64,000 nucleotides of DNA from Eledone cirrhosa (GCA_964016885.1 OZ024740.1:195300001-195364000); one strand, 5' to 3'; shown: positions 13,886 through 27,980, numbered from the stretch's first letter. Translations and numbers: made by a program. The notes: generated by a model from the letters alone, not told the origin.

Positions 13886-16734
13886 TCACACACATAAATA
13901 TATATATATACATATGTGTGTGAATGTATGTATATGTGTGTGTATGTGTGTGCCTGCCCATGAGCAGGTGTATGTGTGTACATATGAAAACACCAGACAA
14001 CAAGCATATGCACATGAATTGGAAAGTTGTAGAATAAAAGAATATTATAGTAATTTCTGATTATAAAAATGGAAGAGTCAGTCAGTAAGAAAAAGAAATA
14101 GAAGAAAAAAAATTGAATGATGACGGCCATTACTCTTTTGTTAAAATATAAAACAAATGCTATTTCATAAAAAATCCATTGAAATAGTAGAAAACTCGCA
14201 AAAATCTTTGTTTTTTTTTAAATATATTTTGTTTTGTTTTTTACCTGGACAAAATATGAAATTTAACTTTAGAAAATATACATCAATATTTTGCAAAACA
14301 TACATCAATAATTTAGAAATCTTACATGAATTCTGCAGAAAGTATACAATATGTATATTCTTGAATATGAAGAAGTAAGTAGATATATTTAAAAAAATAT
14401 ATTGCTAACATATATTAGCATAAAAATTTTTCATTGAGATAATTTTTCATTTTTTTTCTCATTTGTTATATGGCATGTTAACTTATATAAAATTACATTT
14501 TTATATGATATTTATTCTTGAGTTTTGAGGGGGGAGGAAAATTATATCATTTATATAGATTATTATAGTAATGTGCAGTTTTCTTTTTTTATACAATATG
14601 TATTTTTAAGTTTTATAATATATTATTTTGTACTAAAACTAGTAAAGTTTGTTCTGGTTTGCAAAAGAAATCATTATTTTTTTCCATCATTATATGAAAT
14701 TTATAATCTAAAATAAAATTTTTTAAAATGTGGAAAATATATTCAAAGAATGAATAATAATAACGATGATGATGTTGATGATGGTGGTGATGGTGGTGGT
14801 GGTGGTGGTGATGTATTTTATTATATTAATAATAATTTCTTTATTTATTTATTTCAAGTTAGTATTGATTTAATAACAAATCAAATTGAAAAAAAAAGAC
14901 GAAAATGTTGAAGGATAATTGTGTAATAGTTGTAAAATTTCTCTCATATAATTAACCTTTTTGTGACCATATGTCTAACAAGAATATACTGCCTTAATTA
15001 TGAAAATAATCAAAAACTATGAGAGATTTCATGTAATAACCAACTTTCAATTTAATAATGTTTTCTAATTCAAACAAGAAGGCCAGTAATTTGTTTGGTA
15101 TTTTATTTTATCAACCTTGGAATGATAAAAAACAAAGTTGACTTTGATGGGATTTGAACTCAGAAGACAAATAGACAGAACAATACTGCTAAGCATTTGT
15201 TTGATGCTTGAACAACTCTGCTAATTTACCACTCTAGTTTTCAACTTAATATTTAACTACAGAAATCAAATATTATGTTGTGTAATGGTGCAATTTCAGG
15301 CATGTTTGTGTTCAAAGATTTAATGTATTATAAATGTTTATATTATCATACATTCAAATACCATGTTTAAACTAACAGAGCATAAGTCAAATCTACAGCA
15401 AATAGATTGTTTCTTCAACACAAAAGTGACAATCCATACAAATAAATAATGTGAAAATGAAGAAAACAAATATCTCTATTGCCAGAAACAAATAAACTGG
15501 TATGCAACCAAAGTTATGATAATCTAAATAAAGGGTCTCTCAAATAAAATAGAGACGGGATACATGAACACATGTTTCTATTCTGCACATATATTTTACA
15601 TTTTTATTCTGATATTATTATTTTTTCATGGTCACAGGGGCCCAAAACATACAATACAAGCATGCTCCAAAATATATGGGAGAAGTACATAAATAGCAGG
15701 GTGCATAGATTTAAACAAGTTACTACTATGGAATAAAATGTCCATAAGAGAACTGTGGTGGATGGACACTTACTTATATTTATATAGTTATGCTGGTATC
15801 ACAACAAAAAAGCATCCAGCCCACACTGTTAAGTGGTTGTGTAGGAGTCACAACAAAAAGCACCCAGCATGCACTGTAAATGTAGTTGGCATTTTGGAAG
15901 GGTATCCAGCTATAGAAACCTGACCAGAAATAGTTCTATATGAGCAAGACACAGTCACCTGACAACATGTATAACCCATTGGATAACAAATTGGACAATG
16001 ATGATGATGATGATGAAGATACCTAAGAAGTGGTACAAAATGCAATCAGTAAAGCCTAGCATTGACATCAGCTTAATATGACTGCCTTTAATACAAACAT
16101 ATATTTAAATAATGAAACAATGTGACAGTAAATGTACATACATCAGTGATATAGTGGATAAATGTACTACTATTTTAGTTCAAAAATAAAAGTTCCTAGT
16201 TTGAATCTAGTTTGATGCTGTAAAGTGTATGAGGGGGCCACCCAAACCTGAAGTGTCCTGTGGCCCCCCCAAGGTCTAAATTCAGCTCTGAGTTAATAGC
16301 CTCAAACATTATCATAATTGTTTTTACTTTAGGCACAAGGCCAGCAATTACCCAGTGCATTACTGGTACTTTATTTTATCGACCCCGTAAGGATGAAAGG
16401 CAAAGTCAACCTCGGCGGGATTTGAACTCAGATCGTAAAGGGACGTAACTATGCTGGAAAGCATGACGTCCGACCCTCTACCGATACTGCCAATCCACCG
16501 CCCTCAAACATTATCATAATGGTTTCTGATTTAGGCACATGGCCAATAATTTTATGTGGAGGAGAAAGTCAAATAAATCAACCTCAGTGCATTACTGGTA
16601 CTTTATTTTATTGAACCCCATAATGATGAAAGACAAAGCTAACCTCAGCCTGATTTGAACTCAGAATGTAAAGGGCCATAACTCTAGATCGCAAAGCATG
16701 TTGTCCAGTGATCTACCGATAGTGCCAATCCATT

Positions 16735-17268
16735 GTCCTTATATTTAAATAATTGTTTCTACTTTAGGCACAAGACCAGCAATTACCCAGTGCATTACTG
16801 GTACTTTATTTTATCGACCCCGTAAGGATGAAAAGCAAAGTCAACCTCGTCCTTATATTTAAATAATTGTTTCTACTTTAGGCACAAGGCCAGCAAATAC
16901 CCAGTGCATTACTGGTACTTTATTTTATCGACCCCGTAAGGATGAAAAGCAAAGTCAACCTCGTCCTTATATTTAAATAATTGTTTCTACTTTAGGCACA
17001 AGACCAGCAATTACCCAGTGCATTACTGGTACTTTATTTTATCGACCCCGTAAGGATGAAAAGCAAAGTCAACCTCGTCCTTATATTTAAATAATTGTTT
17101 CTACTTTAGGCACAAGGCCAGCAAATACCCAGTGCATTACTGGTACTTTATTTTATCGACCTCGTAAGGATGAAAGGCTAAATCAACCTCGGCGGGATTT
17201 GAACTCAGATCGTAAAGGGACGTAACTATGCTGGAAAGCATGGCGTCCGACTCTCTACCGATACTGCC
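16735..17268 (-). repeat. Tandem array of a 114-bp unit derived from the Nin-SINE 3' half
   Basis: Units start at 16735, 16849, 16963 and 17077. The last unit runs into a full SINE head. Confidence 0.9.
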
Positions 17269-17819
17269 AAATGAAACAATGTAACATTTCTCATACATAC
17301 ATCAGTGACATAGTGGATATACTTTAGTTCAGAAATAAAAATTCTTTGTTGGAATCTAGTCTGATGCTATGTACATATCCAAAAATAAGACACTTGAGGA
17401 TGGTTGAATATCAAACCAATTGAAATGTGGTGTAGATGTAGCATATTTGGAGAAAATGTTTCACCTCTAAAGATGAGGTTAATAGCCTCAAAATTTATAT
17501 AATAACAATTCATCTCAAACAGTGGTTGTTTTCTTTTTTTATTCTTTTCTTGGTTTCAGTCATTTGACTGCAGCTATGCTGGGACACTGCCTTCATTGAG
17601 ATTTAGTCGATTATTTTATTGACACCAGTACTTTTTTCAAGTGTGGTATTTATCAAAGCATGAGACAAAACTAGCTCTTTGTATTACAGATACAACTTAG
17701 TTTTGCAATCTGAATGGACTGAAGTGTCATAAAATAAAGAATCTTGCTCAAGAACACACCACTTTAACCATTGAGCTACACAAATTTTGTGTGTGTGTGT
17801 GTATGCATGTAATATATAT

Positions 17820-18172
17820 ACATCATCATTGTCGCTTTTACGTCCGCTTTTCCACACTTGCATTGGTTGGATGGGTCCTTCTCAGCACGACATCTCTCCA
17901 CACATCGCAATCCTTTATCATTGCCACTTTGAGTTTCAGTAATTTGAGGTCAGCTCTCACAACCTCTGTCCAGGTCTTTCTTGGACTACCTCTATCGCGA
18001 CTTCCTTCCACTGGTATTTCCTAGCACTTCTTAACCCAATGATTATTGTCCATGCACATCACATGTCCATACCAATGCAGTCTTTTCTCCTGCACACTAT
18101 CTCAAATTCCTCTTAAACCCAGCTTCTCTTTCAACTCGTCCAAGCTCTTCCTCTCTCTCACACTTACATTGC
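17820..18172 (-). mobile_element. RTE-related 3' fragment (ORF C-terminus plus (GAT)n tail)
   Basis: Encodes ELKEKLGLRGI and RLHWYGHVM-like segments; tail catcatcat. Confidence 0.75.
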
Positions 18173-19235
18173 ATATATATATATCTATATATATATATAC
18201 ACATACACACGCCCACACACACATACATACATTTAAGTGTTTAAATTCAGATTTGGCAAAACATGCACGCATTTGAAAAATTACACATAAGGCAATTTTC
18301 AATTAGGAGAACTAAATATATTAGTTAGTGATATGTAACATATTTGAAGGAAATGGTAAAATGATATAAAATTATAAAGAGCAAACAGAACTGGTTTAGT
18401 GGTAAACTTGAAAATAATTGGATCAAGAAACTAAAGGAAAAGATTTAAAAGTTGAAAGATTTACGAATGTATTAGGTGTTTATTGAAAATAGATCAAAAA
18501 ACAAATGTTTTAAAAAGTTTTGAATGGTGAGCAATACAATAGATTATTACATTTATATATACCAGTAAAAAAAAAATGAATGTACCTTTATTAACTATTG
18601 TGATGAATTATGACCTTTTGACCAATGCCAAAACAGGTAATATATTGATTGTAATTCCATTTATAGCATAACTAATATTTTCTCTGCCCCTCTTTTAAAA
18701 ATGTTTAAATTCTTAATTAAAGATGACTATAATTGTTTTAAACCTTGCAATAAATATCTTTTCTCCTTTCCTGTTCACTATCACTCCTACAAAATTCATC
18801 CAACTCTCCTGCATTCAATCTCCACGTACATTTTATTTTTTCTTCACAGTATTTCATTTGGCTCACTGCATTCTTTCAAATCCTGCTGAGCCCAACTTTG
18901 CTTTACACTCTTCTGAGTTCAATAAATAAAGTATGACTCCAGTGCTAGGGTTGGTTCTTCTCTCTCTGTGAAAAAATGTACCAAACAAATCGATGCCCAG
19001 TGTGTGGAAGTAATACAAATTGTTGATATCTAAATATAATGATTGAAATCCAATGGAGTTAACACCCCAAAAAAGCCAATATGAAATTAATCTCCAAGAA
19101 AAACATTAGAAAAACCTTTTGATGGAGCACTGAATGATTGCAGCTTTGAAAATAATTCCATCATTCTTTCATTACTATACATATATGTATACATCCAACC
19201 CATGCAAGTGTGGAAAAATGGACATAAAAACAATG

Positions 19236-19266
<31 letters not shown>

Positions 19267-19485
19267 CCAAAATTAAAATTAAGGGTTGTCATGTCTGAGA
19301 GACATGCGCCATATCCACCGTAGAATAAGGTCAAAGATTAGATCCGACCATTACATATCAACTAGAAATAGATTGACATATATATATATAAAATAAACAT
19401 ATGAAACAATCACAATTCCCTGTGATTGTTTCATATGTTTATTTTATATATATATATATGTCAATCTAATTCTAGTTGATATGTA
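19267..19485. repeat. Fold-back palindrome (63-bp arms, 19352-19414 / 19421-19485) within TA arrays
   Basis: acatatcaactagaaatagattgac...gaaacaatcaca attccc tgtgattgtttc...gtcaatctaattctagttgatatgt. Confidence 0.85.
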
Positions 19486-19616
19486 TATATATATATTAGC
19501 AGAAGTACCGGGTTAAAGAAAATAATGAAATTTCATTCAAAACTTTTTCTAGGATATATTTGAAACAGCTGATGAACACAGTTGTAAATATTTTGGTTCT
19601 TCTTCTGAGAGAGGCT

Positions 19617-19660
<44 letters not shown>

Positions 19661-20162
19661 CTATCAGGTCTTGCATCAGGTTGCCTGTGAACGTTCACAA
19701 TACTGTGGAGATCATAGTTCACTGGTTCTCTTTGAACACACATACACATATTTATTTATATATAGAGAGAGAGCGGGGTAAGATACACACACATAAACGT
19801 GAAACTCCAGGATAACAAGACTCATCACTTACCCATAATAAAGAATACATACACACATATATATATATGTAAACTTGCATATCTGAAGAAGTGTTGATTA
19901 AGAATTGGGATCTGATCGTCTGATCAAACCTGACTGATCGACATTGAAATATGAAATAAGATTTCATAAGCTGCAAATCTGACTTCTTATTGTCACTCAT
20001 ATATATATATTGTTATACTTTGGGAGGATCATGTTGCCAATAAGAAACACACGCACCAGTTGCTTTCACTTCAATTTATTATAATAAATTTATAATAAAT
20101 TTATAAATTTATAAATTTCTGGTTGGTTGGTTGGTTCCACAACCAGATAGTTATTTATATAT

Positions 20163-20207
20163 AGTCATAGTTCTTTCGTCACACACTCTGTGACCTCTTC
20201 AGTGACT
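20163..20207 (-). ncRNA. Mirror copy of the hammerhead motif in the inverted arm
   Basis: Reverse complement is identical to 21019-21063. Confidence 0.7.
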
Positions 20208-20627
20208 GGGGATTCCTTTCTTTGTTTCTGTGCCTCTCCTTTGTTCTGTCCTACGCCATTTTGTTTCTGTGTGTGTGTTGTGTGCTTAGTCTGCGCATGC
20301 GCCACACCCGGGTGTCTGTGTGTGTTTATGTTCATTTATTTATTTGTTTATTTACATGTTACTGGCTGGTTGTTTGTTCTATGTGTGTGTGTGTTTTCAT
20401 TTTGTCCTTAATTGTAAGTTGTGATGTTGCTGTTCCACTCATATTTTCTATTTAATTTTGGTTGTAATTCTTTTATGTTTATTGCCTCTGTAATTTGTCT
20501 AAACATTGCATCTTTTCTGTGTGTAGATTCTACACGGGACGGTCATATTTGTGTAATATTTCCATATTTGTGTAATATTTCCATATTTGTGTAATATTTT
20601 AGCATGCTGGTAGAGTACAGATACCAA

Positions 20628-20819
20628 CCATCTGTACTCTACCAACATGCTAAAATAGAACACAAGGGTAAATTAGAGAACATAGAAATAAAAATAGAAT
20701 CTACACACAGAAAAGACGCAATGTTTAGACAAATTACAGAGGCAATAAACATAAAAGAATTACAACCAAAATTAAATAGAAAATATGAGTGGAACAGCAA
20801 CATCACAACTTACAATTAA
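20628..20819 (+). pseudogene. Penelope-type GIY-YIG endonuclease C-terminal remnant
   Basis: PSVLYQHAKIEH...IEIKI...RQITEAINIKELQPKLNRKYEW matches the PLE pattern S-x-L-x2-H-x3-H ... R-x3-EA-x2-I-x4-P-x-LN. Confidence 0.8.
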
Positions 20820-21018
20820 GGACAAAATGAAAATACACACACACATAGAACAAACAACCAACCAGTAACATGTAATAAACAAATAAATAAATGAACATAA
20901 ACACACACAGACACCCGGATGTGGCGCATGCGCAGACTGAGCACACAACACATACACAGAAACAAAATGGCGTAGGACAGAACAAAGGAGAGGCACAGAA
21001 ACAAAGAAAGGAATCCCC

Positions 21019-21063
21019 AGTCACTGAAGAGGTCACAGAGTGTGTGACGAAAGAACTATGACT
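21019..21063 (+). ncRNA. Minimal type I hammerhead ribozyme motif
   Basis: agtca CTGAAGA g gtcaca gagtg tgtgac GAAA gaac TA tgact: stem I agtca/tgact, 6-bp stem II. Confidence 0.7.
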
Positions 21064-22595
21064 ATATATAAACAACTATCTGGTTGTGGAACCAACCAAC
21101 CAACCAACCAGAAATTTATAAATTTATAAATTTATTATAAATTTATTATAATAAATTGAAGTGAAAGCAACTGGTGCGTGTGTTTCTTATTGGCAACATG
21201 ACCCTCCCAAAGTATAACAATATCGGTTTCAACACACGATTTCAGATAAAGAATCTTGCTAAACAAATTCAGAAACGAAATATATATATATATCATCATC
21301 ATCATCGCCGTTTAACATCCACCTTCCATGCTAGCATGGGTTATAAATATATCATCCCAGTTTTATGTCGATTTTCCATATGTATTCTTTATTATGGTGT
21401 GTGTGTGTGGTGTGTGTGTATCTATATATCAAGGGCCATATATTCTGGAACAGGTGAGTAAGCACTGTACACCTACCAAATATAGACAATAATTATAAAA
21501 ATAACTGTCTTTGCACTATCATGATATAATCTGGTGGTAATTTATCTTCAAATCTAATAATACACACAGAGAAACAAAGATTAAGTCAGGCTGAAGTTGT
21601 ATTATTGTATAGAAATAGCCTAAAGTATATACATTTATTTTTGACTAATACTTATACCAGAATAGTATATTTCAACATAGTAGCACACCATGTGACAATG
21701 TATGTGTAAGTGTAGATAGGTATATGTCTGTCTGTTAATATATATATATATAATAATATCTTTGTGTGTGTGTGTGTGCATATATATATAGAGAGGGGGG
21801 GAGAGACACACACACATGGATAGATATATGTATATATGTGTATGTATATGTACACACACTCACACAGAGTTTATGGGGTGAATAGGGCATAAGTAGAAAA
21901 ACAGATGGAAAAAAAAGATGTGTATGTAGATGGATACAAGAACACTAGTGCATGTGTGTATGTATGCCTGGATGTATGTATGCGTTAATGTGTGATATTT
22001 GGTTCAATATGAATATAAATAGCTTAAAAAGATATTTGAACCGAAATGTTTAAGGTGTTGTCTATGCAATGAAGTAATACTGCAAACATGACAAGGATCA
22101 AAAGAAGCATACTGAAGTGATGCTTGGCAAGATTTTAAACTGACATCAATGAGGGTGAAAAATTCTAATCAGGTTGCTGTTTTTTTTTTGTTTTTTTTTT
22201 TTGGGGGGGGGGGGGGGGGGTTTAAAGTTGGTTTTCTTTATTATTTAATTTCTTCCTAATATATGGCAACCTAATAAAAGGATTATTTACTCCATTGTTA
22301 TCTTGCTGTTGTTAGTGTTGTTATTGTTTACAATTATTCTACATCTTTTCTTTCTTCTATTCATTAGATAGAAGATCTTACAAAAGTTATAACAGCAACG
22401 AATTCAAAGAAAAGTTTTGTTCATTTTTTTTCCTGCCATTTATTAAAATTTTTTTTGTAATATCCATTCCTTTAACTGATTTTGATGATTGACACGAAAT
22501 TTTGTTTGCACACACGTATGTATACATATATATATATATATACACACACACACAAAGGCATATTCATATATGTAAATCTATTTATATACATATGG

Positions 22596-22643
<48 letters not shown>

Positions 22644-23282
22644 ATATACTTATATACACACACACATATATCATGTGTGTGTGTGTCTGTATGTGTGTTT
22701 AAAAGTGTTCAAAAACTAGTGGGCCATCATTAAAAGTACTGAAAGCAATTCAGGTGCTGTAAAATTCAATTTATTTCTTAGCAGGTCTATTTTCTACAAA
22801 ACTGCAGTCATGTTTCAATCTTTGTATACTGTCAAGCAATAATGGTAAAAATTAAAAATATCTTTTCAAGAATAATGGAATAAATTAAGTATGGAGTTAC
22901 TGTCTTCTACATAGGGGAATTTTCTAACAGTTCGATTGTATTTCAGATAAAGTTGCCAAATTAAGTGAGTAGACATGTCTATTAGCATTTACAAAATCCT
23001 CATCATCATCATCATCATCATCATCAATGTTTAAAGTCAGCTTTCCAGTCAAGGAAGGGTTAGACGGGTCTACAGAGACCAAGTCAGTACTTAAACGAGG
23101 CTACTGACCTCCCAGGCAGGCCAAAGGTTTTGCATCTTGTTTACATTCTATGGAGTGCATAGGAGAAGTTGTCATGTCTTTTGACACAAACTGAAGGGTT
23201 CTCCCAACACCTGGTTTGGCAGGCGTTCTATGGCTGGATGCCCTTCCTAACACCAACCACTTATGGTTATATGTGTGTTTGG

Positions 23283-23313
<31 letters not shown>

Positions 23314-23731
23314 CAATCATCATTTAACATCTGCTTACCTTGCTAATGTAAATGTCATATGCTCTATCATAAATGCAAACTAAATAAATACAATCCATAC
23401 ACCTAAAGCTCACCCAACCTACCAATACTACACTAAGAAAAATTAATCATGCACTTCAAAACCATATCCAAAACACACTCCTGCATATAAATAACCAAAC
23501 CTATAATAAGAACTGGTAGAAAAGTGATGAATGTCATCAGGCTACACTCATCTTATGTTGTTTCTGTATATACATGTGTGTGTGTCTATGTGTGTGTTTG
23601 CACAAGTACATAAAGTATAGTTAATCTAAATTGATATGTAGCAAAGTCTGTAGGCATACACACACACTATCAAAGGGATACTGTTCATGACATTTTAATG
23701 TAAATATTTGCCTTGACAAATGGGTACTGAC

Positions 23732-23821
23732 CTAGAATGTGTATTGTATGTAGACATGCAGCTTGATTCACCGTCATTCATACTGTCTGATCTATCATGT
23801 GTGTGATACATGTTTGTATCA
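23732..23821 (-). CDS. Candidate 90-nt symmetric (phase 2-2) exon DTNMYHTHDRSDSMNDGESSCMSTYNTHS
   Basis: Acceptor ctccattgctatttag and donor AG|GTCAGT; length divisible by 3, open frame, unique sequence. Confidence 0.3.
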
Positions 23822-24988
23822 CTAAATAGCAATGGAGTGAAGTGAACAGTCAATGAATTGTTTATAAACGTAAACTTTACCCCATTCATTGATTGTCTTC
23901 TAGAGATATTTTCAACTGTGCTGCCCTTTGACAATGAATGCAACACTACTAAAACCAGTTGTTTTTATATAATTTAATAAGACCATTTTTCACAAAATAA
24001 CAGATATAGAAAGAAGGTAAAAAACAAAGTAACTATAACATTTGTGTCACTATTAAATAAGCAGTTTCTATTCACATAATAAACTTCATATTTCCTTTAA
24101 AGAAATAACCACCACCACCCCTCCACCCTCAAAAAAGTTATTGCTGTCAGGATAACATTGCTTGACAGATCATACAACACAATTGAAAACACATAATCCT
24201 TACTTTCTTAGCTGCAACCCCAACAATCAACTTGCAGATCTGACCAGAACTACCCACTAAATGGATCATGCCTTCTTAAAGTAATGATATAGAACCACAT
24301 CGTTGGGGTTATAGAAGCATAGAACAAAATATCTGTTGTATACAATTATGACCCTTTATGTTCTGAGTTCAAATCCTGTCGAGGCCAACTTTTATCTTTC
24401 CACGCTTGATAAAACCACCACACCCTAGGCCTAGAGCCCATCCCCTTCCCACTTCTCCCTCCCATTCTTCTGTGACCCTAGAGCCCTTACCTTTCCCTTC
24501 CTTTTTCGTTTTCATAACCACAAAAATGTACTTGCATGTTTTACAATAAAACATTTGTCTTTATGAATTGAGAACAAAAACAAATTAAAAATCATAAAAA
24601 CCATCTTTTATATATCAAGGAAAAAACAGTAGTTAAGTTTAGAGTCAATCCAATATTCATATATTAATAAAATATTTATTATAAATTTCAATAGAATTAT
24701 AATAGAAGACTGGAACATTATTCAATGTGAACATTAATTGATTGTTTTTAAGATGGCAATCTGTGATTTGAAGAAGATTTAGCTTCTATTTTCAGCAGTT
24801 CAAATTACCATGTAGTGACTCTTTTGTTGGCTCTGTGCCCGTTTGCATATTGGTTAGAGCCATTGATTCAGGGATTTAGGATAACTATAATTCTTTTCAG
24901 TACACTGGCACATATCTGTATGTGTGTGTGTATGTAGATTGTATACACAAGTATAGTGATTGCTGGATGCTGTTTTCTGTAGTTTGTA

Positions 24989-25270
24989 ATCACCCCTTCC
25001 TTCCTCAGTCATCGCTTGTGTGTGACATAATCACCCCTTCCTTCCTCAATCACCTCTAGTGTATGACATCATCACCTCTTTCTTCCTCAGTCATCTTTAG
25101 TGTGTGATGTCATCACCCCTTCCTTCCTCAGTCATCTCTAATGTGTGACATAATCCCCCCTTCCTTCCTCAATCATCTCTAGTGTGTGACGTCATCACAA
25201 CTTCCTTCCTCATTCATCTTCAGTGTGTGATGGAAGGACAGATGGAAGTCACTCAAATTTATATATAGAT
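24989..25270 (-). mobile_element. 41-bp minisatellite x6 inside a probable non-autonomous Helitron-like element
   Basis: Units atcaccccttccttcctcagtcatctctagtgtgtgacatc start at 24989, 25030, 25071, 25112, 25153 and 25194. The region ends in aaatttatatatagat, which is a Helitron-like 5' TC end on the minus strand. Confidence 0.55.
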
Positions 25271-26104
25271 TAGAATCAAAACATTAAAGCCCCACCTTCC
25301 ATAAAGCTTTACAATGTAAAATGAAATTACATTGAAACAATCAAAACTTGTAATCAAGCTACATAGTTTGGTATAATAGAAGTCTATTTTACACATTACA
25401 GCACTAAACTCTGGAACAGTAGACAAAATACAAGAGAAATAAATAAATTCAGTATTTGAAAAAAATTTAACTTCTACTTATTTCACATGGCTCCAGTACA
25501 CTCACCTGATTGTGAGTACCAGCAGTACTTGCAATAGATTGGTGTCATATCCAGGGAGAGTCTTGTACTCTCAGTCCCTTAACACCAAGAAAACCGGGAA
25601 TAAGCACCAGCCTGATGAGCCTTCGGCTTAGAACAGACATTCATAACTTATGTGGTGTAAGAAATAACTGATATTTCTATGAACTAGAAAGTATTGTTAT
25701 GAGCAAGTTCTGAACTGCAGACATGAAGTAAATACACTTTAGAAGGATGGTAATCTGTCATAAACAAACTCCCAGATATTTGGTTCATGTTCTCAATAGC
25801 TAAGTGAACATGTAGAAAATGAATTTAGAGTTTTATATATAGAGAGAGACAGACAGATAGGCAGACACACAGATACTTCAATGTTTTACCAGTTGTAAAT
25901 TTTAACATAGTAACCAAGAAACAAAAGAAAAAGAATACATAAGCAACTACAGACACAATCTGACACATACATACACACATGGGTGCATGTGTATATGTAT
26001 GTGTGGGGGCAGGGGGTATGCAAAAACTAAACAGAAATGACACAGCAAACAACACAGTACAATGAAGAAATATATTAGTTTAACCTTTGATATGGTAGGA
26101 AAAG

Positions 26105-26143
26105 TGTCTTAACGTTTCGGACACTAGTCCTTCATCAGAAGAT
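26105..26143 (-). ncRNA. Minimal hammerhead ribozyme motif (Penelope-type)
   Basis: Minus strand: tctt CTGATGA a ggac tagt gtcc GAAA cg TT aaga. Stems I and II pair, and stem III is the palindromic AACGTT. Confidence 0.75.
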
Positions 26144-27247
26144 AGAATGAGAAATAAAAGATGAAATAGAAAGATAGAGTGAAAAGAGGAAGAAACGGAA
26201 AAGAAAATTTTGGAGAAACTGTGTGCATTCAGTCAGCCATACAGATTAATTATTTGAAGCCTAAATAATAATTAATTATACACAAAACTGAAACCAGTAA
26301 TGTTAATACATGCAAGTATCTATACAATCATTCTTACAAAATAAAAGGCACCCCTTGAAATATTTAACTTTCTTTGTTCCCGGAATGATATCTCTTTTAA
26401 ACAAACAAATAGATCAAAATGAATACACACACAAACCTCAAAGAAATAATCTTAGTGAAATATTGCAATACTTTACAACGTTTAACAAAGCCAAATTATC
26501 TTCCTTATTTTTATTTTATTTTGCTGTTTTTTTTTATATTTTTCTTAATTTTCTTTTTCTTTTTTCTTCTTCTGGCAAGTCTAGCCACCATCTTTTCAAC
26601 CATACAAAAAGAAATACTATCATAAACTAAACAAGATTAGATTTCGGTTGACAGCCATATTAATGAAGGTAATTAAGTAATCCATCAAAATTTTCAATAA
26701 GCTTTCTGAGCAACTAAATTAATTTTGAAACCACATAAACAGGTTAACAAAGATAAATGTCTTCATGCTACGACAACGAAGTTAGTAAGTCGTGAAAACC
26801 AACAGTTATTAAAAAGTTTCCAATTCCGACAGTGAAATAAAGATGTGGGAAAGGAGAGAGAAAGAAGACAGAATTGATATATTAAAGCTTGTCTACTTTA
26901 ATTTTGATCATCAACATGTCAAGTAGATTAGTGACACTACAAGCATTACTACATACGATGGCCTCTGGCATCGTCTACAATTTATCGATGCCGAATTTGG
27001 CGATTTCGAGAAAGAACACTTTCTTACTCAGTGGGCACAAGGCCAGTTGTTGAAAATAGAGAGAAGTTCAGTGTATTTAAAACAGTTCTTGTATATTGCC
27101 GCTATCTATTTTAATTAATTACAAAAGAATGATAGGTAAATTTGGCAGGATTTGAATACAGGTCATATAATCACGAAGCTAAAACACTAAAACATTCATT
27201 TCAACAATCTTTCCATTCTACAAATTCACTCTTTTTCTATATTCCTT

Positions 27248-27283
<36 letters not shown>

Positions 27284-27980
27284 TCTCTCTTCTTTTCTTC
27301 TTTGCCCACTTATTCCTGAGAGGGTCATTGGAGACAGAGTCCTCAGTCAAGCCTTCCAGATGATCTTGTCAGAAGCAACCATCCCCAAATGATCCAGATA
27401 GATCCCCAAGCAGGGCTAACTGAGCTTATGGATGCTATCCAACCATCTCGCTCATGGTCTACCTCTGAGTCTCTAACCAGTTGGCTTTGTCTAAAAAATC
27501 TGTCCAGTTGTCCGTAGTACTGGAGCTTGATCTCTCAATGCAGAGAAGTAGCAACTCTACTGAGTCATTCCAAAAGAAAATTGATAATTTATTTCAAATC
27601 CCCTTTGTCTTTATTATGGACAAAATGTTCTGTTAACTGACAAATAACATGTGATTACAATTTCCACATAACTAGAAAAATCTAGATAAAAAAATAATAC
27701 TATATAATCATAATTACTATATAATCATAATACACTTACTACATATTAGCAGCAACCAAGATGCTGAGTAGGAAAATAGAGATGTAACATGGCAACTGTC
27801 ACTCGCAGTCGGGAGTGACTTGGTATCACCATGCACCAATGTCTGTCACTATTGTTTTTAGGTGCCTCTGTAGTCACAAACATACACAAACTCTCTTTCT
27901 CATATATATCATCCTGATATAAATGATTATGAGTGATGGTTGTGTATGCATATGCGTGTGTGTGTGTATATATATATATA

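Larger units (their letters stand above)
20006..21280 (+). mobile_element. 5'-truncated Penelope-like retroelement with inverted pseudo-LTR (arms about 527 bp)
   Basis: 20006-20532 is a near-perfect reverse complement of 20695-21223. It includes a GIY-YIG C-terminal remnant and a hammerhead in each arm; both ends abut (TA)n. Confidence 0.85.

Noticed and set aside
16735-17190. CRISPR-like regular repeat array
   Set aside because: Units are contiguous SINE-derived tandem repeats with no unique spacers, there are no cas genes, and the context is eukaryotic.
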